A DNA stretch of 64,000 bases from Eledone cirrhosa. Lineage: Eukaryota. Below the pieces are notes generated by a model. The model had not been told where the DNA came from, made no database searches, and saw only the letters and a list, made by a program, of their open reading frames with translations. A program made the translations under genes and the position numbers. The first letter of the stretch is position 1. Every line of letters starts with the position of its first letter. Of the stretch, positions 55,257 to 64,000 are shown in pieces. Where the stretch lies: positions 138,756,001 through 138,820,000 of the forward strand of contig OZ024741.1 of assembly GCA_964016885.1 (NCBI GenBank). The letters run 5' to 3'.

Positions 55257-57179
55257 ATACTTTGGGAGGGTCATGTTGCCAATAAGAAATTTGTGTGTGT
55301 GTTTTCATTTTGTCCTTAATTGTAAGTTGTGATGTTGCTGTTCCACGCATGTGCAATCATTTTCTTCAGTTCATCGTGGTTTTTGGGTGTCCGTATGGGG
55401 CCAGCATAAAACTAACCCTTAAGGAACGTAATTCAAATTTAATGGAAAAACATATGCCCAAGAGGAAGGACTAGCCATTGGAGTTAGCATTGCAGGCGAC
55501 ATAGCTAACTTATTCATGGTATGGTGGGACAGTAGACTTAAACTTAAACTTAAAGAACAATTAGAAGACCCCTTAAACCTGATAATGTACTCCCGCTACG
55601 TTGATGATATAAACATCGTAGTTAAGACACCCACACTAGAGAACAGTCAGGAACTAGAGAAAAACACAATGGAAAGCATCCAGCAAATAGCTAACTCCAT
55701 CCACCAGAGTATTAGAGTTACTATAGACTACCCAAGTAAACACCCCAACCATCGATTACCTGTACTACACACAGAGCTCTGGTTAGATACCATTAATAAC
55801 AAAAAACAAATCCTCCATTCCCATTATGCCAAACCCATGACTTCCAAACATCTGATCCACCGAAACTGAGCTGTTTCGGACCATACCAAAATCAACATAC
55901 TGATTGCGGATTTGGTACGGGTGATGAGAAACGTGTCCCGAAAGTGCAACCCCGAAGAACTAGGCATACACATACAACACTTCATCCACCGTATGCAGTT
56001 CTCTCGTTACAATCAGAGAGATAAAATCAGAGTGTATAGAGGAGCCAGAACCAAATGGAAAAAATGGTAAATAATGACACAAATAGGACCTGCCCCTTGT
56101 ATAGGAGCAACTTTTGGAATAGAATAGAAAGAACTAGGAATAAGGCTAATAGAATAAACTCATCGTATGATAGCAATAAATACCAGAGTTTAATGTTCAT
56201 CGATACAACCCCTAGAGGTGAATTAGCTTACATATTTAGAAGGGCCCTAGATAAACATAAACTCAATATTAAGATAGTAGAAAACCAGGTACCTCCGTAA
56301 AAACACTTATTAGCAAGACATACCCTTTTCAAAGACCCCCTGTATAGATAAGACATGTATAACCTGTAAAATAAGCCCCCATATTAACTGTAAAACTAGA
56401 AATGTAGTGTATAGCATAAGATGTACTGAAGGCAAATGTAGAGACAAAAATATAGTGTACATAGGTGAGACAGCTAGTAGTGTAGGGAAACGGATAAATG
56501 AACACTGGCGAGACCTTCAAGATAGTAAAGAATCATCTGTACTCTACCAATATGCTAAAATAGAACATAAGGGTAAATTAGAGAACATAGAAATAAAAAT
56601 AGAATCTACACACAGAAAAGATGCAATGTTTAGACAAATCACAGAGGCAATAAACATAAAAGAATTACAACCAAAATTAAATAGAAAATATGAGTGGAAC
56701 AACAACATCACAACTTACAATTAAGGACAAAATGAAAACACGCACACAAATAGAACAAACAACCAACCGGTAACATGTAAATAAACAAATAAATAAACGA
56801 ATATAAACACACACGGACACCCGGGTGTGGCGCATGCGCAGACTGAGCACACAACACACACACAGAAACAAAATGGCGTAGGACAGAACAAAGGTGAGCC
56901 ACAAAAACAAAGAAAAGAATCCCCAGTCACTGAAGAGGTCACAGAATGTGTGACGAAAGAACTTTGACAATATATAAACAACTATTTGGTTTTGGAACCA
57001 ACCAACCAACCAACCAGAAACTTATAAAACCTAAATTTATAAATGTATTATAATAAATTGAAGTGAAAGCAGCTGGTGCGTGTGTTTCTTATTGGCAACA
57101 TGACCCTCCCAAAGTATAACACTATCGGTTTCAACACACGTTTTCAGATAAAGAATCCTGCTAAACAAATTCAGAAACG

Positions 57180-57182
<3 letters not shown>
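54995..57182 (+). mobile_element. 5'-truncated Penelope-like element (third subfamily) with a scrambled inverted 5' end
   Basis: YAQEEGLAIGVSIAGDIANLFMVWWD, YSRYVDD, LPVL, YAKPM, VVYSIRCTEGKCRDKNIVYIGET..RINEH, EAINIKELQPKLN; pLTR 56860-57180 with inverted copies at 54995-55290; 55300-55345 is the inverted copy of 56695-56740. Confidence 0.88.
56926..56969 (+). ncRNA. Minimal hammerhead ribozyme motif
   Basis: GTCA-CTGAAGA-G-GTCAC..GTGAC-GAAA-GAAC-TT-TGAC, the same motif as 7050-7094. Confidence 0.75.
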
Positions 57183-57237
<55 letters not shown>

Positions 57238-58084
57238 AAAGATTCAGAACCCCGACAACTGAGCACAGTCCGTTTCGACAGCTAGAAGCGAACTCTACTA
57301 CCCTACGAATTGAGTACTCTGGTGCGTTATGGTTCACCTGGTATCTTACCAAGCCCTCTTTGTTATATATGTAGATATATGTATTATATTTCCCTTAATG
57401 AGGAAAGTTTACGAAGTATGCTTCCCAGTAAGAGGCCGATTCGATCCCATTGGTTTTCGTCATGTGTAAGTGACTTAATCATAGCATCGGATCGACCCAT
57501 GTAGTGTAAATGGAATTGTAGGTAAAAGAAAGTCAATTATATCTTCCATGCATCGTGTTGGTAATTCAAATGACCAGCTTTGTTAAGTTCTATGTCAAGA
57601 CAAAAGAATTACGTTAATTAGTAACCGCTTAATTAGGTTACTTTCTCAAACAGTCTGTCGAGTTAATTCAACAACTGGAAGTCTCATCTTCGCAATCAAC
57701 AGACGACCATTCGATTCCGCTATAGTTATTCTCTTTTAATGTTGGTTGGAATTGACTCCAAGAATAAATAGAGAGTTCATTCATGTATTTCCTATTAACC
57801 ACAGATATTCATAATGTTTTGTTCTGTAAGTTGATGGAAATTTAAATTACACATCTATTTCATAGAGATTCATTTCAAAGACGTAAATATTAATTAATTA
57901 ATTAATTCTTCGCATTTTTTTATGTCATAACCTATCAGTCGGATAATTAGTGGTTCATAACTTGTATTTTTTCTATTGCCATATTTATTTAATTAATATG
58001 TCTGAATATATCGATTGTCTATTATTAGCTAACTTGCGTATACGGTCCGTCGTGTCAAATTTTAACATTGCCCATTCACCAAAA

Positions 58085-60960
<2,876 letters not shown>

Positions 60961-63574
60961 TTTATAAATCAATATTGTATGATCCGTGTTAATATATGTA
61001 AATATATAAATATTTTCAGATTCTTAAATTAGTACATGAAACGAATAAATGCAATAAAATACTTAGGTAGATATTAGATTGTGTGCTAAGCAACTGAAGT
61101 ATACAGTAAATTTATATATGTATACGGTGTTTACCGCAACCTGCGTGAAATTTTTTGATATTCATCTTGCTTAGCTATGGTTAAAACTTTAGTTTGTGTA
61201 AAGATATATATTTATAGAGTACTTGATCAGTTCCCTTTGAAATATAACGGTATATAGCGATCTATCAATATGACAACTTACAAGTCCACGCCTATAGTGA
61301 TATACGATAATAAGAAAACCAATGTTGTTAAAAGTAATAGAAACGATAGGTAAACTCTCAGTTTGTCATGTCAACAAACATTGTTTCCAAAATAATTCAA
61401 ATATATTTATTGACGAAGATACTACCATAGGGAAAACGTATGGAATCATAACTTAACATTCCTGTCTGTTGAAATACAAGAATTGAATTCTGAAATGGAA
61501 TCGCATTCACAAACCATTTCCTCAACGTCAAATGATATATATTCTACGTAAAACATCCTGAGCTAAGTGAACATTTTAACATAATGACAAGATATATAAA
61601 TCAACATTTCTTTTACAATCCCTCAATTCTTCGGTAATTTAGTGAGCATTAAATCTCTAACTTTAATGTTTTAAGTCTACATATACACTACTGTTACACA
61701 TTGTAAAAGCTCATGTATTAGTGTGCAGATGGTTGCGCTCAAGATCGTAAATCATTAATTTGATTCGTGGACCGGTACACGAGAAACGCACTTTATTTCA
61801 CATTGTTCAAGTTTGGTAAAAATGAATGATTCTGTATTTCAAACGCCAGCCTTGTCAAAAAATATGGCATGATAAATCTCCCTTAGAACTACATTAACGA
61901 CGCAAGTATCTATGGGATTTTCAGCCACTTATACATTTATTTCACGAAAATGGTTCTTCTCTTTGGAAAACTGAAACAATCGTAAACGAAATTGACTGAA
62001 CTCCAGCAACTACAACGAAACACCTTATCAGATATTTTAAAGTTTCGCCTCTGCCTTCTTGGGAATATTGATAATATTAATTACAATTTTTCCGACGTGG
62101 AATTGAATTGGCCTCGCAGTCCTTTTTGTAGCTTAACAGCTTTTATTCAATACAACTGACAATATTGAAATAAATTATCATCGTGAAAAACCAGTTGATT
62201 TGTAATGTCGGTTAAATAGAAACACATGTTACAGGTAGTTATTTTATAGACTCTCATGAAATGAAATGAAGAATTTATCATAGTTCTATGCCAAATACTG
62301 AAAGGTTTAATATTAATAGAGCAGCATATATACATGTAAGAGTATACTAATTCTATAAAACGTTCGTTACAGTTTCAGATCACAGGCTTCACGTTATTCG
62401 ATCGGTCTCTCTGCAACTATTTCCAATATTTCTCCCTCTTTGCACGTCAATAAAGTACCAGTCAAGTAATGGGATGGTGACTTTTCTTCTATAACTATTT
62501 CTCCCTCACTCTCTCCGCTTTTTTATTCTTACTCTGCCTAGACACAGAGAGGGTTACACATTGTAACGTTTAACTGGCAGGCTGTAAATCACTACAGTGA
62601 ACCTACGACTCCAACTGTTAAAGACTGTTATACACCTACCCCATCGCTTTTCCCTCAGAATCGTTTATATATTTCAATATGTTGTGAGCAGATTACTCCA
62701 TCGGCATTCTTAACAGCAATTGGAACGTTACAATTTTTGTAAGTCATATTACATTACTTGGCATTCTTCTGTCCCGACGAACAGTGTGCTAATTATTCGG
62801 ACAAAGAACTAATTCCACATGCATTTAAAGTGGAAATGTTAGAGCATTTCTTAGACTCGTGTACATTTAACGTAGTTCTCAAGTCAGGGAAATGGCCTGA
62901 CATGAACTGTGTGTCTTGACAAAGGACTCAACACACCACACAGATATGATATACCCACCTAACAATCGTGTACCGAACATTCTAAACAATATAAAAAGCT
63001 CCATCACATGTATCACCAATAAACCTCCCAATGCTAAGATTTATGAATTTGTGACAAATCTTTTTAAAATAAACATTAATATAGATTTAAACTAATTTTA
63101 TGGAAAGAAAATCAAGAAGTTTGAACTTTGAGAATAACAACTATTGCATAATTTATATTATGAATATTTGTTTTATAGGGTTATTGTCAACTCTCCTGAT
63201 TTTAGGATGTTTATCACTTGCTTGTAGTAAGTAGTATTAGGCTAGACAGTCCAGTCAGCGATATTTTACTTCACACCGTTTAATAATACTGAGCTGGTTC
63301 AGAGAATTAATGTTTTCTATAACAGTATGAATTATTTTAGTATCCGGCTTTAACTTAGGAGATCAATCACATACATTTTATGGAAATCTAACAAAGTAAT
63401 TATGAATTAAATCATATACTACAATGGTTTATTGATTCAATATATGAATAAATATAAAACTCTAATAAAGATGTGAATAGGTTTTATAATCTACATTCAA
63501 TAGACTTTACACTATAGTTGCATCATTGACAACACGAAAAATCATGATATATGTCTATCCTGTATTCATTATAT

Positions 63575-63955
63575 TAAACAGGTGGATTGGCAGTGTCGGT
63601 GGAGGGTCGGACGGCATGCATTCCAGCATAGTTATATCCCTTTACAGTCTGAGTTCAAATCCCGTCGAGGTTAACTTTGCCATTCATCCTTACGTGGTCG
63701 ATAAAAAAAGTACCAGTAATGCACTGGGTTATTGCTGGCCTTCTGCCAAATGTAGAAACAATTATATTAAACAAACGGTGGATTGGCAGTATCGGTAGAG
63801 GGTCGGACGTCATGATTTGTCCTTTATGGTCTGAGTTCAAATCCCGCCGATGTTAAATTTGCCTTTCGGCCTTACAGGGTCTATAAAATAAAGTACCAGT
63901 AATACACTGGAATAACTGCTGGCCTTGTGCCAAAAGTAGAAACAATCATATTAAA
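63575..63955 (+). mobile_element. Two tandem Nin/Deu-core tRNA-SINE units of about 190 bp
   Basis: GGTGGATTGGCAGT.TCGGT.GAGGGTCGGACG..CTGAGTTCAAATCCCG..AAAGTACCAGTAAT..GCTGGCCTT repeated at about 63581 and 63777. Confidence 0.85.
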
Positions 63956-64000
63956 CAAACTTTTACCTTACACGGGGGCTTTAGATAAAACTAAAATTAA

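Overview
AT-rich eukaryotic genomic DNA with no host protein-coding gene I can support. The SINE repertoire and extreme (TA)n/(CA)n content suggest a cephalopod such as octopus, but this is inference. The window is dominated by Penelope-like retroelements (PLEs) of at least three subfamilies: a near full-length Naiad-type copy (797-4518), a young Penelope/Poseidon-type copy (48797-52620), a third type (54995-57180), and several 3' fragments. There are also many short non-coding PLE terminal repeats arranged as fold-backs or tandems between (TA)n tracts. Other repeats are fragments of Tx1/L1-like, RTE-like and restriction-like-endonuclease LINEs, tRNA-derived SINEs and a probable non-autonomous Helitron. 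Reading by eye finds about 20 type-I hammerhead ribozyme (HHR) motifs from more than 10 unrelated repeat families, many with palindromic stem III and recurrent non-canonical cores (CCGA, CAGA). Other notable structures are a 197-bp inverted self-templated insertion with a 15-bp duplication that splits the young Penelope ORF, inverted copies of neighbouring DNA at PLE insertions, and an RLE-LINE embedded in (CATA)n. Most ORFs in the supplied track are microsatellite artefacts. All folds and alignments were done by eye and boundaries are approximate.
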